This document shows positions 1-10,444 of a DNA stretch of 64,000 nucleotides, piece by piece. Both the position numbers and the translations under genes were made by a program. The stretch comes from a virus. Its lineage: Duplodnaviria; Caudoviricetes. The stretch is taken from IMG/VR virus record IMGVR_UViG_3300032218_003059, positions 22,242 through 86,241 of that record. The stretch is one strand, 5' to 3'. Under the pieces are notes generated by a model. The model saw only the letters and a program-made list of their open reading frames with translations. It was not told where the DNA came from and made no database searches. Numbering within the stretch: the stretch's first letter is position 1; each line of letters begins with the position of its first letter.

Positions 1-2
1 TT

Positions 3-116
3 CCAGTAAAAAGCGGAGTAAAATATTCAATAGTAACGATGCTTGATTATCATGAAGCTCCACATACACCTGACTATCGTGAGATAGAAGAAAGGTATAA
101 GTTAATTCGTGATTAA
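3..116 (+). CDS. C-terminal fragment of a 2OG-Fe(II) oxygenase (runs off the left edge)
   Basis: Manual translation PVKSGVKYSIVTMLDY...IRD*; matches the PV(K/T)xGx(K/R)Y end motif of the neighbouring oxygenases. Confidence 0.7.
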   Translation, partial: PVKSGVKYSIVTMLDYHEAPHTPDYREIEERYKLIRD

Positions 117-828
117 TTTTGAAGTATATAAAGATGACGGACCAGTTGCTAACATAGAGCCCCTTTCAGCAAAAAGAGATTGGATGGAGGCTACATTTGA
201 TAAGCATGCATATAGATGCTTACCCGTAACTTTAACCAATCAGTTAGGCTGGGCCATATCTTTTCCAGAAGATATAACATTTATGTGGGACGGACAAATA
301 TCTACTTCTGGAGAGCATATTAAAGTTTTAGCTGGAGAAAAGTATATTCAAACAGGAAGAGGGCAAGCTACCGTAAGCTTTGAAACAGGTCTAGTTTTTA
401 GAACACCAGAAAACTATAGCCTTTTAACATACAATGTTCCAAACATGTTTATGGAAGGAGTTTCTCCATATACTACAATAATAAGCTCATCCTTTTTTGA
501 AGGACCACTTCCAGTTGCTTGGAAAATCACAAAAGCATTTGTACCAATAACAATAAAAGCTAATCAGCCAGTAGCTGCTGTATTTCCAATATCTCTTGCT
601 AATATTCAAGGATCTACGTTAATAATAAAAAATATAAAAGATTTGATTAGGGTTAAAAGAGATATTCCTTTAGATTTAGATGAAGCAGTAAAGTCAGCTG
701 CAGATGCCGCCGCTAATGGCGGGTGGACAGATTATTACAGAAATGCAATAGACTATATGGGAAACAAACTTGGAAGACATGAAGCTAAGTCTTTAAAATT
801 ATTAGTTAAAGATGAGTCAAATGAATAA
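109..828 (+). CDS. DUF6065-like protein (dUTPase-like beta fold)
   Basis: RDWMEAT..HAYRCLPVTLTNQLGW and SFETGLVFRTPENYSL motifs recognised by eye; GTG start. Confidence 0.65.
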   Translation: MINFEVYKDDGPVANIEPLSAKRDWMEATFDKHAYRCLPVTLTNQLGWAISFPEDITFMWDGQISTSGEHIKVLAGEKYIQTGRGQATVSFETGLVFRTPENYSLLTYNVPNMFMEGVSPYTTIISSSFFEGPLPVAWKITKAFVPITIKANQPVAAVFPISLANIQGSTLIIKNIKDLIRVKRDIPLDLDEAVKSAADAAANGGWTDYYRNAIDYMGNKLGRHEAKSLKLLVKDESNE

Positions 829-1534
829 GATTAGTTTTTGGTCAAATAGGCCAGCGAATAACGATACCACAATCCCCGTAACTGCTAAAAAAGTTATGCC
901 TCAGTGGTTTTTAGATGCTAAAAAATATTGGAAAAATGAAGAAGGAAAAGAATACATAATTGCAGAAGGAGAAAAAGGTCTTGGGTTCAAGGCTTGTCCA
1001 GCTCTTTTAGATTTATTTAATTGTGGATACATGTTAGTTACTCCATGTGATGTTGTAGTTTATATGCAAGAAGGAAAAAAATTAATTGTTTCTTCACCAG
1101 AATTTCCAGATTTTTGTGAGGCTAGACCTTATATGAATGAATTTAGTTATCCTTATGGATACGCAACAGATTCATTTCATTGGTTTCCAAGCTGGGGATT
1201 TGATTTGCCAAAAGGGTATAGCGCACTTGTTGTTCACCCTTTAAATAGATACGATTTACCATTTTTAACAACAAACGGTATAATTGATAGTGATAAGTAT
1301 GGTTCACCAGGATTGATGCCATTTTTTATTAGAGAAGATTTTACAGGGGTGATCCCAAAAGGAACACCGTTTGCACAAATAATTCCTTTTAAAAGAGAAG
1401 ACTGGAAAGCCGAATATGATTTTATTGAATTAAACGATATGATTAAAAAGCACGAAGAGACTGTAAATAAATATAGAGTCCCCTTTGGTGGGATTTATAA
1501 AAGATATACTTGGGTTCAAAAGAAGTACGAATAG
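812..1534 (+). CDS. DUF6065-related protein, distant paralogue of 109..828
   Basis: FKACPALLDLFNCGY..TPCD, GYSALVVHPLNR and IPKGTPFAQIIPFKRE motifs. Confidence 0.55.
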   Translation: MSQMNKISFWSNRPANNDTTIPVTAKKVMPQWFLDAKKYWKNEEGKEYIIAEGEKGLGFKACPALLDLFNCGYMLVTPCDVVVYMQEGKKLIVSSPEFPDFCEARPYMNEFSYPYGYATDSFHWFPSWGFDLPKGYSALVVHPLNRYDLPFLTTNGIIDSDKYGSPGLMPFFIREDFTGVIPKGTPFAQIIPFKREDWKAEYDFIELNDMIKKHEETVNKYRVPFGGIYKRYTWVQKKYE

Positions 1535-1543
1535 GGGATAAAA

Positions 1544-2236
1544 ATGGATAGAGAATTAACTTACAAAGAAGACATTAGAACATCTAGAGAATCAATAACT
1601 CCTTCAGGTTATTTTGGCGGATGCAAAGAAAATATTGTAGAAATAGAAAACTTTTTAACCGAAGAAGAGTGTGACTTCCTTATACTTTTTGCCAAGGGGA
1701 ACACAGTTTGGGATGTAACTAAATCGGCAGTTAATGAAAATGGCAATGTTATTTATGATGCAGATGTGTGGAAAGATCGTGTTGCAACAAGAAAGTCTTT
1801 AGACGAGTCAAATCCTTTAGTTTCTCCAATGCTAGAAAAAATAATTGAAAGATTAAAGCCAGTAATAGAAAAACATTTTAATGTTGAAGTAAATCCAACT
1901 GGTCCATGTATAGTTCGATGGCCAGAAGGAAGTATGCAATGGCCACATGCAGATAAAGAGCTTCATGAGGGACCAGATGCTGGAACTCCAAATAACTTTC
2001 CGTGGTATGACCTAGGAACGGTATTTTATTTAAACGATGATTACGAAGGCGGAAGATTGCATTTTCCAAGACAAGAAATTGCTTTTAAACCAAAAAAGAG
2101 AGCCGTATATTTTTTCCCAGGAGATTTAAATTACATCCATGGAGTAGACGTCATAACAAGTGGCGTCAGATACACCTCACCTTGGTTCTGGACAATAACA
2201 AAGCTAAATGAAAAGGAAGTTACTGTAAATGAATAA
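1544..2236 (+). CDS. 2OG-Fe(II) oxygenase, prolyl-4-hydroxylase-like
   Basis: HAD...YLNDDYEGG...HGV...GVRY facial triad and 2OG-binding Arg. Confidence 0.9.
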   Translation: MDRELTYKEDIRTSRESITPSGYFGGCKENIVEIENFLTEEECDFLILFAKGNTVWDVTKSAVNENGNVIYDADVWKDRVATRKSLDESNPLVSPMLEKIIERLKPVIEKHFNVEVNPTGPCIVRWPEGSMQWPHADKELHEGPDAGTPNNFPWYDLGTVFYLNDDYEGGRLHFPRQEIAFKPKKRAVYFFPGDLNYIHGVDVITSGVRYTSPWFWTITKLNEKEVTVNE

Positions 2237-3017
2237 AATAGAATTACACCCTAAAGTAATGGTCTATAGAGACTTAATAAAAAATGTGCCAAAAGTTTTT
2301 AAAGCTATAACTGATTCACATGATAATTCAGGAGAAAATTATTTTAATCCATGGACAGACTGGAGTAAGTTTGGCATTTATGCAAGTGTCAAGGGGGACC
2401 ACGAGATAGTTGGTAGACTAGGATCAGATCCAGTATTTGATAATGAATATGAAATTGTTCAAGAAGTAGAAAATGCTTACAAAGTAGCAATTGATGATTA
2501 TGTAAAAACTTATGACATTCAATTACCAGAAAATAGCAGATTAAATTCTTCTTCATTTTGCAGATACCACGAGGGCGTAGATGTGCTTGAGAATGATTTA
2601 ACTATGCAATATCATACTGACTACAAGCAGTCAGAAAAAGAAATGCCAGGCAATCACTTCTTTATTACATGCACTACTTACATAAACGATAATTACACTG
2701 GCGGAGAAATAGAGTTTTATATTGATGGAAAGTTTATAACACATAAGCCAGTTGCTGGAGATATTATGGTATTCCCATCAGTAGAGCCTTACTACCATGG
2801 AGTAAAAACAATTACTTCTGGATATAAGTATTTAATTAGAAATTTTATAACATATAGATATCCAGGATCTAAAGAGTGGCTAGAAAACCAAATAGAATTT
2901 GGGGCTGTTCGCTGGGCAAAGATGGAAGCAGAAAGAATTGAAAAAGCTAGATTTAATGGAAACATTATTATAAAAAATGGTCAGGTTGTATCTGGGCCAG
3001 GTATGGAGTCAATGTAA
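2229..3017 (+). CDS. 2OG-Fe(II) oxygenase, P4H-like
   Basis: HTD...YINDNYTGGEI...HGV...GYKY. Confidence 0.88.
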   Translation: MNKIELHPKVMVYRDLIKNVPKVFKAITDSHDNSGENYFNPWTDWSKFGIYASVKGDHEIVGRLGSDPVFDNEYEIVQEVENAYKVAIDDYVKTYDIQLPENSRLNSSSFCRYHEGVDVLENDLTMQYHTDYKQSEKEMPGNHFFITCTTYINDNYTGGEIEFYIDGKFITHKPVAGDIMVFPSVEPYYHGVKTITSGYKYLIRNFITYRYPGSKEWLENQIEFGAVRWAKMEAERIEKARFNGNIIIKNGQVVSGPGMESM

Positions 3018-3019
3018 TT

Positions 3020-3730
3020 ATGGACATAGTTAAACTAAAAGAAGATGCATTTATTGTAAATAACTTTTTAACTTCAGAAGAGTGCGAGTCTGTTATAAAG
3101 TACTTTGATGCCATAACTGCAGCTGGTGTTTTAGATTGGAATCAGATATCTTTCTTTGGTTCTTTTGCAATGGGATATTGGCCAACAGATGAAAACCTTC
3201 TTCAGTTTAATTTACCAGCAAATTATTTTAATTTAGTTAAGAAAAAAATTCAAGATGCTGGAGAGATGTTGTTTGAAAGAGAGTTTAACGAGGTTAGCTT
3301 TCACGCACAGAAATGGGTAGACGGAGCATTTGCAGCTTTTCACTCAGATAATTCTGACGAACACGGAAATCCAAATGCTTTTCATAAAAGTAAATATGCT
3401 GCGTTTATATATTTAAACGACAACTTTGATGGAGGTCTTCTTAACTTCAAGCATGATGATGTTACTGTAAAGCCCGCTATTGGCATGCTAGCCTTTTTTA
3501 AAGGTGGATATATGAACGAGCATGAAGTAACCACAGTAAAGGGCGGAGATAGATATACAATAGGATCTTTTTGGGATAATGCAGATGAAGTATATGATGA
3601 AGAAACTATTAAAAAATGGGAAGATGAATTAAAGCAAACAAGAGCTCTTCAAGAAGAGCAATATAAAGAATGGGACGAGAACGTAAAACAAGGTCAAATT
3701 CCTCAATATAAGGGGAAGTATGATTATTAA
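3020..3730 (+). CDS. 2OG-Fe(II) oxygenase, P4H-like
   Basis: HSD...YLNDNFDGG...HEV...GDRY. Confidence 0.88.
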   Translation: MDIVKLKEDAFIVNNFLTSEECESVIKYFDAITAAGVLDWNQISFFGSFAMGYWPTDENLLQFNLPANYFNLVKKKIQDAGEMLFEREFNEVSFHAQKWVDGAFAAFHSDNSDEHGNPNAFHKSKYAAFIYLNDNFDGGLLNFKHDDVTVKPAIGMLAFFKGGYMNEHEVTTVKGGDRYTIGSFWDNADEVYDEETIKKWEDELKQTRALQEEQYKEWDENVKQGQIPQYKGKYDY

Positions 3731-4307
3731 TAAGTTACATGATAATATCTATTACTATGAAAGAGCAATCAATAATCCTAAAGAGCTTTTAAAGCATCTA
3801 GATAAAAATGTTTGGGAGAGGTGGATGTCTTCCGATGGTGGAGAATTTTATGGCCACTCCCAAGGAGCTATGTTTGGAAGCGAAGAAATAGGATCCACAA
3901 TAAATGAAAAAAATGGAATGATATTAAAGGAGATTTTTAACTCCGCTATTTTTGCTGCAAACAATTATTCAGATGCAACAGGAATTGATATTGGTTATCT
4001 TCCACCATTCTTTGCATTTAAAAAATATAATACTGGTATTGGAATGGGCCCACATGTTGATAAATATAGTGGAAAAGATAAAAAGTCTACGCTATCAATG
4101 GTCATATATTTAAATGACGATTCCGAAGGCGGAGAGATAGAGTTTGCTAATCAAGGAATATTATTAAAGCCAAAGGCTGGCAGCATAATTGTATTCCCTC
4201 CTGGGAAACCCTACATGCATGAGTCTAAAAAAGTAACAGAGGGAAATAAATATATGATCCCGCTATTCTTTTTTAAAGATAAAAAGCCAAGAGCCAGCAA
4301 AAAATGA
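3720..4307 (+). CDS. 2OG-Fe(II) oxygenase, P4H-like
   Basis: HVD...YLNDDSEGGEI...HES...GNKY. Confidence 0.88.
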   Translation: MIINKLHDNIYYYERAINNPKELLKHLDKNVWERWMSSDGGEFYGHSQGAMFGSEEIGSTINEKNGMILKEIFNSAIFAANNYSDATGIDIGYLPPFFAFKKYNTGIGMGPHVDKYSGKDKKSTLSMVIYLNDDSEGGEIEFANQGILLKPKAGSIIVFPPGKPYMHESKKVTEGNKYMIPLFFFKDKKPRASKK

Positions 4308-5947
4308 GCTATCTATTAAAAGCAATTAAAGATCATCCAATAGCCTTCTGGCCTTTAGATGAGTCTTCTGGCCTAATTGCTTACGATATCTCTCCGTGTG
4401 GGAATAACGCTACATATACTGGCTCTTTATCAACATCTAGAATGCCTTTAGTTTCTGGAGGGCAATATGGAACTAAAATTGATTCAACGCATTATATATC
4501 TTATTCAGTTAACAATGATTATCAAGGAACTTCAATAGGCGGTAGTTTTGCAAAGCAGGATTATTCTGATAATGATTTTACCCTAGAATGTTGGTACTAC
4601 CCACTCAAGCTCGACTCAACATATCAGGTAATATTTGGAGACTCAAATCAATGCTCCATTCAGGCAAACAATTCAAATATTCAGTTTCATGTACACGATG
4701 AAATTATTCAGTATACAATTCCTAATCAAAAAAAGAATACACATATTGTTGCTACCTATCATCCAGGAAGAATGTCTTTATATGTTGATGGCAAACTAGC
4801 TGTTTCTAAATCCATGTCAGACTTTAAGTTTTTAAATGAATCTCTTACAATTCAATCTAAAGCAACTGGATCATCTTCTTTTTTAATTGACGCTCCAGCA
4901 ATATATAGATACGAGTTAACTGATACAACAATACTAGATCACTATAATAGCAATATCTCAATTGAGCCAATTCACATAGTTACACCAGATGGCGGAAGCC
5001 TAATAGAATTCTATGATAATAATATTGCAACAAAATTTAAATACCTTTATCCCTCAAGCAAACCCTGGCAGGAATTAGTTGCCGACGGACTAGTATACAA
5101 TTCAGACCAGGATTCTTTGCAAATGAGATATGTTTCTGAGGGAGGGACAAAAGAAGTAGAAGTAGTAGAATTTATAAGTATTCCAATAGATATATATAAT
5201 ATAGCCTCAATAAATAAAATTCAATGGATATCAAGTTTAGGAATTTCAGTATATATTAGTTATGATGGAGAGACCTATACAGAATGTATAAATGGTAAAG
5301 CAAACCAAATAACCTCAAACGATTTTTATCTAAAGATTAAATTTACATCCTCAAATGCATCTGAATTTATTCCATCGATATCCTCACTTGCAATAAAGCT
5401 TATGTCTTCAGACCTGACAATGTATTCAAAAAATACAGGAACATATGTCGACAATTTTATTAGCTCATCAATTTTGGACAAATATCCAGTTATGCAAAGA
5501 AATTCCCAGAGCGGTGTATTTTGCAGCAGTTCTGGAACTTTTGACATTCATCAAAATTTTCCTGTAAATTCAATTGAGTTTTTGTATACCCCATACTTAG
5601 TATCTGGAACAAGATCTGCCTCTTTCCCAGCTGGCAATATATACGTAAACGGTATATTAAAAACAGGATCTAATATGTCAGATTTATTTAATGTTGGAGA
5701 AATGCACCATGTTGTCATAAATACTTCTGCTATATCAAGCCTTTTAAATTTTAATGCCAGCGGTAATTCAGCGCTATTTCAGCATATAGCTTTGTACGCT
5801 AACCAGCTTAACGCTGGAAAGATATTAAATCATTATAACCTATACATCGGGAGACCCTCAATATCTGTGTCAGAATCGTCTTTCTCTGTGACAGAAAACC
5901 TTTTTAAAGCATATAATAATAACTGGATGGTTATTCAAAACTCATAA
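4304..5947 (+). CDS. LamG/concanavalin A-like domain protein, probably virion-associated
   Basis: PIAFWPLDE, FTLECW, HIVATY..LYVDG, ILDHY; second degenerate copy at the C-terminus; lies upstream of the portal. Confidence 0.75.
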   Translation: MSYLLKAIKDHPIAFWPLDESSGLIAYDISPCGNNATYTGSLSTSRMPLVSGGQYGTKIDSTHYISYSVNNDYQGTSIGGSFAKQDYSDNDFTLECWYYPLKLDSTYQVIFGDSNQCSIQANNSNIQFHVHDEIIQYTIPNQKKNTHIVATYHPGRMSLYVDGKLAVSKSMSDFKFLNESLTIQSKATGSSSFLIDAPAIYRYELTDTTILDHYNSNISIEPIHIVTPDGGSLIEFYDNNIATKFKYLYPSSKPWQELVADGLVYNSDQDSLQMRYVSEGGTKEVEVVEFISIPIDIYNIASINKIQWISSLGISVYISYDGETYTECINGKANQITSNDFYLKIKFTSSNASEFIPSISSLAIKLMSSDLTMYSKNTGTYVDNFISSSILDKYPVMQRNSQSGVFCSSSGTFDIHQNFPVNSIEFLYTPYLVSGTRSASFPAGNIYVNGILKTGSNMSDLFNVGEMHHVVINTSAISSLLNFNASGNSALFQHIALYANQLNAGKILNHYNLYIGRPSISVSESSFSVTENLFKAYNNNWMVIQNS

Positions 5948-5971
5948 TTTGTCACATAGATGGACAATCTA

Positions 5972-6000
5972 TGGACTTATACAGCAAAGAATGGTAAAAT
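5972..6000 (+). promoter_or_regulatory. sigma70/SigA-like promoter upstream of the head operon
   Basis: TGGACT-N17-TAAAAT with TG extension. Confidence 0.5.
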
Positions 6001-6002
6001 AA

Positions 6003-6344
6003 ATGTCTATGGATATTAAAAGAATTGATCAGTCGGTTGTTGAAGAAACACGCTTAGGTATATATGTGTGGGAAATGCCAGACGGCAGATGGATTGGAGA
6101 TGATGATGGTAACTTCTTATCAGTCACATCAACCAAAGGAAACAAGTCAAAGATCGATGCTTTGGTTAGAGAAGTTAGCTCGTATGGTATATACGAGGGC
6201 GCACCCAAGTTTCTTTCAGGAAGACGCAAAATCGATGACGAAGAGTTTGAATATCAAAAGCAAAGATTAAACTGGGGATTAACTCCAGACCCGCTAGACA
6301 TTGGCGTATATAAAGATAATATTAAAAACGGGGGAAAGCCATAA
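6003..6344 (+). CDS. Conserved hypothetical phage protein preceding the portal
   Basis: 113-aa ORF whose stop overlaps the portal ATG. Confidence 0.7.
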   Translation: MSMDIKRIDQSVVEETRLGIYVWEMPDGRWIGDDDGNFLSVTSTKGNKSKIDALVREVSSYGIYEGAPKFLSGRRKIDDEEFEYQKQRLNWGLTPDPLDIGVYKDNIKNGGKP

Positions 6345-7933
6345 TGGAACACATGGATGATAATGAACAAATTTTAGATATAGAAGTTAAGAATTCTTCT
6401 GACACATGGACAGATTTTGTTAAGTCCTCAACTCCAACAGTTTCCTCAGATCCATTTGATATTGAAGTTAATGAAATTAAAAAACTTAATGGCCTAGGCT
6501 CATCATTTAAAAGAAAAGTTTCAAGAGAATTTAGTAAGTCATTTACAGGAAAAGACGGAGCTCAAACACAACAGAACTTAATGGCTCAGGCTATTACTGG
6601 TTACGCCATGTTTGATTTAGTAATGCCACCATTTAACCTAGACTACCTTTCAAAAATTTATGAACTATCAACATATAACTATTCTGCAATTAATGCAAAG
6701 GTTGCTAATATTGTTGGACTAGGATATAGTTTTACAGAAACAAGAAAAACTAACGAAGCTCTTGATGGAATAACAAGCCCAGAGCAATTAGATCGTGCAC
6801 GTAAAAAGATTAATAGACTCAAGCAAGATGTACAGCTATGGCTTGACTCTACAAATGATGAAGATACATTTACAGAAACTTTAGTTAAAGTATATACAGA
6901 TTTAGAAACAACTGGAAATGGATATATTGAAATTGGTAGAACTGTAGCAGGGGACATTGGCTATATTGGGCATATCCCAGCAAAAACAATGCGTGTTCGT
7001 AGAATGCGTGATGGATTCATGCAGCTTCTATATGGCAAGGTTGTATTCTTTAGAAACTTTGGAGATCAAGAAACTCCTAATCCAATCACAGACGGAACAG
7101 ATAGACCAAATGAAGTTATTCATTTAAAGAAATATACACCAATGAATAATTACTACGGAATTGCAGATATTGCTGCAGCTCAAAATGCTTTAGCTGGTAA
7201 CGAATTTGCTGGCAAGTATAACCTTGATTATTTTGAAAACAAAGCGGTACCAAGATATATAATTACGGTAAAGGGAGCAAAGCTTTCTCCAGAAGCAGAA
7301 AGAAAACTTCTTGAATTTTTTCAGGTTGGCCTTAAGGGAAAGAATCACAGATCCTTATATATTCCCCTTCCAGCCGATACACCAGATTCAAAGGTTGATT
7401 TTAAAATGGAGCCAATTGAGGCTGGCACACAAGAAGGTTCATTTAATATTTATCGTCAGGCAAATAGAGATGAAATACTTTTGGCCCATAGAGTCCCTAT
7501 TTCAAAAATTGGAATTCCAGCAGGCATAAACCTTGCAGCAGCTAGAGATGCAGATAAAACATTTAGAGAGCAGGTCTGTAAGCCAGCCCAGGATATTTTG
7601 GCTAAAAAAATTAATAGAATTATTGAAGAAAAAACAGATGCTTTAATAATTAAATTTAATGAACTTACACTTACAGATGAAGATACCCAATCTAAAATTG
7701 ATGAAAGATATCTTAGAATGCAGGTAATTACTCCTAATGAAGTTCGAGTAAGAAAAGGCATGGTTCCAATTGACGGAGGAGACGAAGTTGTAGAATTAAA
7801 GCCACAAGCAGCAGCAGAGCAATCTGCTCAGGCTGGAAATACTAGAGCAAGAACTCAGGCAAGAGATGCAAATTCCCCAGATAAATCTGGAGAGGCTCGC
7901 CAACCAAAAGGTGAAGGTAGAGTAACGGCCTAA
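6344..7933 (+). CDS. Portal protein
   Basis: DLETTGNGYIEI, EVIHLKKY..YYG, ILLAHRVP, ITPNEVR motifs; position. Confidence 0.92.
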   Translation: MEHMDDNEQILDIEVKNSSDTWTDFVKSSTPTVSSDPFDIEVNEIKKLNGLGSSFKRKVSREFSKSFTGKDGAQTQQNLMAQAITGYAMFDLVMPPFNLDYLSKIYELSTYNYSAINAKVANIVGLGYSFTETRKTNEALDGITSPEQLDRARKKINRLKQDVQLWLDSTNDEDTFTETLVKVYTDLETTGNGYIEIGRTVAGDIGYIGHIPAKTMRVRRMRDGFMQLLYGKVVFFRNFGDQETPNPITDGTDRPNEVIHLKKYTPMNNYYGIADIAAAQNALAGNEFAGKYNLDYFENKAVPRYIITVKGAKLSPEAERKLLEFFQVGLKGKNHRSLYIPLPADTPDSKVDFKMEPIEAGTQEGSFNIYRQANRDEILLAHRVPISKIGIPAGINLAAARDADKTFREQVCKPAQDILAKKINRIIEEKTDALIIKFNELTLTDEDTQSKIDERYLRMQVITPNEVRVRKGMVPIDGGDEVVELKPQAAAEQSAQAGNTRARTQARDANSPDKSGEARQPKGEGRVTA

Positions 7934-7938
7934 TTATT

Positions 7939-7980
7939 AGGCAACCACTATTTGCCTTTTTAGATATAAAGCCCTAAAAT
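7939..7980 (+). promoter_or_regulatory. Promoter TTGCCT-N17-TAAAAT overlapping a terminator-like hairpin
   Basis: AGGCAA-CCACTAT-TTGCCT-TTTT (7939-7961); -10 TAAAAT at 7975-7980. Confidence 0.55.
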
Positions 7981-7987
7981 TAAGCAT

Positions 7988-9277
7988 ATGAATATCGAAA
8001 AGTCTATCTGGTTTTCAGAGGGCGATAACATCGCTCTTTCAGTTCCGTTTACTAAAGTAAACAGAGAAAAAAGAACTGTGTCTGGATTCGCAACATTAGA
8101 CAATCTAGATCAAACTGGCGATGTAGTAACAGCAGAAGCAAGCACAAAAGCATTTGAAGGTTTCCGTGGAAACATAAGAGAAATGCACGGATCGCTTGCT
8201 GTTGGTAAAATGATTTCTTTTAAGCCAGAAACATACTATGATCCAATTTCAAAAAATTTTTATAATGGCGTTTATGTAGATGTATATGTTTCAAAGGGTG
8301 CACAGGATACTTGGGAAAAAGTTCTTGATGGTACTCTTTCTGGTTTTTCAATCGGCGGTAAGATATTAGAAACAGATAATGAAGTAAATAAGTCAACAGG
8401 CGAATCAGTACGTTTTATTAAAAATTATGAGCTTATAGAATTGTCAATAGTTGATTCACCAGCTAACGAGCTGTGCAATGTTTTGTCAGTACAAAAGGTT
8501 AATGGCAAAATGGTATTTAAAGGAATTGCAGCAAACGTAAAGACAGAAAATATTTTTTATTGTGAAGAAAGTGATTCAGTTTTTATCTCAGAAAACAAAA
8601 CATTTGATTCACCAATTACAGGAAAGCCAGCAGAATTAATTGGATGGGTCGAAAGCTCAGATGTTAATAAAGCTAAAGAAATAGATAAAATTCTTGATTT
8701 TTTTAAGAAATCAAGATTACCGTTAACTGAAAATCAAATGATTGTAAAGCATGTTAACGCAGAAGGAGGTAATGAAATGTCAGATATCCAAAATGACGTA
8801 GCAGTTGAAGAGACTGTTGTAGAAAATACAGTTGCTGCTGAAGAGGCACCAGCTGAGGCTCCTGCTGTTGATACAGTAGAAGCTTCTGATGAAACATTGG
8901 AGAAGGCAGCCGACGTATCTGAAGTTGAGGTTAATGAACCCGATTTTGCAAAGATGCTTGGCGATCTTAAAGGATTTTTATCAGAAACTCTAGACAAGTC
9001 TGCAGCAATTAGCGCAGAAAAAGTTGAAGAGATTAAGACATCTGTAGATGCATTTAGCAAGTCAATTGATGCACGTATTACAGATATAGAGAACCAGCAC
9101 AAGGCTTTAGCGGAGTCATTCGCAGCTACTGTTGATACAGTAGAAAAGCGTGTTGACGCAGTTGAGTCAGAAACTGCAATTAAGAAGTCCTTTGATCTTG
9201 GCGGATCACAGGAAGTTATAAAAAAATCAAAATGGTCAGGAGCTTTCCTCGGTTCCGTATCAGAATTAATTAACTAA
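7988..9277 (+). CDS. Prohead protease with acidic scaffold-like C-terminus
   Basis: TVSGFAT, IREMH, GTLSGFSIGG, ELSIVDSPAN (HK97-type protease); Glu/Ala-rich coiled-coil tail. Confidence 0.9.
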   Translation: MNIEKSIWFSEGDNIALSVPFTKVNREKRTVSGFATLDNLDQTGDVVTAEASTKAFEGFRGNIREMHGSLAVGKMISFKPETYYDPISKNFYNGVYVDVYVSKGAQDTWEKVLDGTLSGFSIGGKILETDNEVNKSTGESVRFIKNYELIELSIVDSPANELCNVLSVQKVNGKMVFKGIAANVKTENIFYCEESDSVFISENKTFDSPITGKPAELIGWVESSDVNKAKEIDKILDFFKKSRLPLTENQMIVKHVNAEGGNEMSDIQNDVAVEETVVENTVAAEEAPAEAPAVDTVEASDETLEKAADVSEVEVNEPDFAKMLGDLKGFLSETLDKSAAISAEKVEEIKTSVDAFSKSIDARITDIENQHKALAESFAATVDTVEKRVDAVESETAIKKSFDLGGSQEVIKKSKWSGAFLGSVSELIN

Positions 9278-9294
9278 GGTAGGTGAAATAAACA

Positions 9295-10347
9295 ATGAGT
9301 AATGAACTATTAGAAAAGAGCATCGCAGCTGGTACAACAGCTACAGGTACTTTCAGTTCTACATCTGGTGGATCAGGTATCCACACCGCATCAGAAAATG
9401 GTAACGGTGGTTTACTAAACCCAGAGCAATCTGCTCGATTCTTAGATTATATGTTCGACGCAACCGTAATAGGCAAGGTCGCACGTACAGTCCGTATGAA
9501 GGCAGACACAACAGAGATTGATCGTATGTCAATTGGTGAGAAGCTTGTAAAGCTTGCATCAGAAGGCGACAACACAAACAGCGGAAATGCTGCAGTGACA
9601 TTCTCAAAGATTTCTTTGACAACAAAGAAGCTTCGTCTTGATTGGGAACTCTCAACAGAGTCTCTAGAAGACAACATCGAAGGTGCAGATCTTGAAGATC
9701 ATATTGCACGTATGATGGCAACACAGGCAGGTAATGATATTGAAGATCTAGTCCTTAACGGAGATACTTCACTATCTGGAGACCTGCTTTACAAGGCATT
9801 TGATGGTGCAGTTAAAAAGGCAAAGGCTGGCGGTCACGTAGTTGATGCAGCTGGTGCGAATATCACTCGTGCAGTATTTAACTCAGCTCTTAAGGCACTT
9901 CCACGTAAGTACAAGCAGCGTCGTACAGACCTTCGCTTCCTATCAGGTTCAAACTTGATTCAGGATTACTTATACGCAACATCACAGAACATCCAGAATG
10001 TTAACCCACAGGACATTGCTTCAGGCATCATCCGTGGAGACGTTCCTGTTCTAGGTGGTCCAGCAGGTTATGTAGCTCCATACGCATTTGGTATTCCAAT
10101 CGTTGAAGTTCCATTGCTTCCAGAAACACAGGCTGGTGACTATTCAGGTCACGCAGGCTCACACGGTGATATACACTTGACATTCCCAAATAACGTAGTT
10201 ATTGGTATCAAGCGTGATGTAACTGTTTATCGTTTTTTCTGGCCAAAGAAGGACTCAATTGAGTACACAATGTATACTCGTGTTGGCGTCCAGATTGAAC
10301 AAGCAGATGCTTGGGTCGTTGTAAAGAACGTCAAGGTTGCTTCATAA
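9295..10347 (+). CDS. Major capsid protein (HK97 fold)
   Basis: GGLLNPEQSARF, LSTESLEDNIEG, QAGNDIEDLVLNGD; position after the protease. Confidence 0.93.
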   Translation: MSNELLEKSIAAGTTATGTFSSTSGGSGIHTASENGNGGLLNPEQSARFLDYMFDATVIGKVARTVRMKADTTEIDRMSIGEKLVKLASEGDNTNSGNAAVTFSKISLTTKKLRLDWELSTESLEDNIEGADLEDHIARMMATQAGNDIEDLVLNGDTSLSGDLLYKAFDGAVKKAKAGGHVVDAAGANITRAVFNSALKALPRKYKQRRTDLRFLSGSNLIQDYLYATSQNIQNVNPQDIASGIIRGDVPVLGGPAGYVAPYAFGIPIVEVPLLPETQAGDYSGHAGSHGDIHLTFPNNVVIGIKRDVTVYRFFWPKKDSIEYTMYTRVGVQIEQADAWVVVKNVKVAS

Positions 10348-10362
10348 TTTAGAAATAACCTT

Positions 10363-10393
10363 AAAGGCCCCCATATTTTATATGGGGGCTTTT
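10363..10393 (+). terminator. Rho-independent terminator after the major capsid gene
   Basis: AAAGGCCCCCATAT-TTT-ATATGGGGGCTTTT. Confidence 0.85.
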
Positions 10394-10409
10394 CATTTTA
10401 ATTTACTAA

Positions 10410-10418
10410 TGCTATAAT
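10410..10418 (+). promoter_or_regulatory. Extended -10 promoter element
   Basis: TGCTATAAT followed by AAGGAG RBS before 10445. Confidence 0.55.
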
Positions 10419-10444
10419 TAATAGACTAGAAAAAGGAGATCTTT

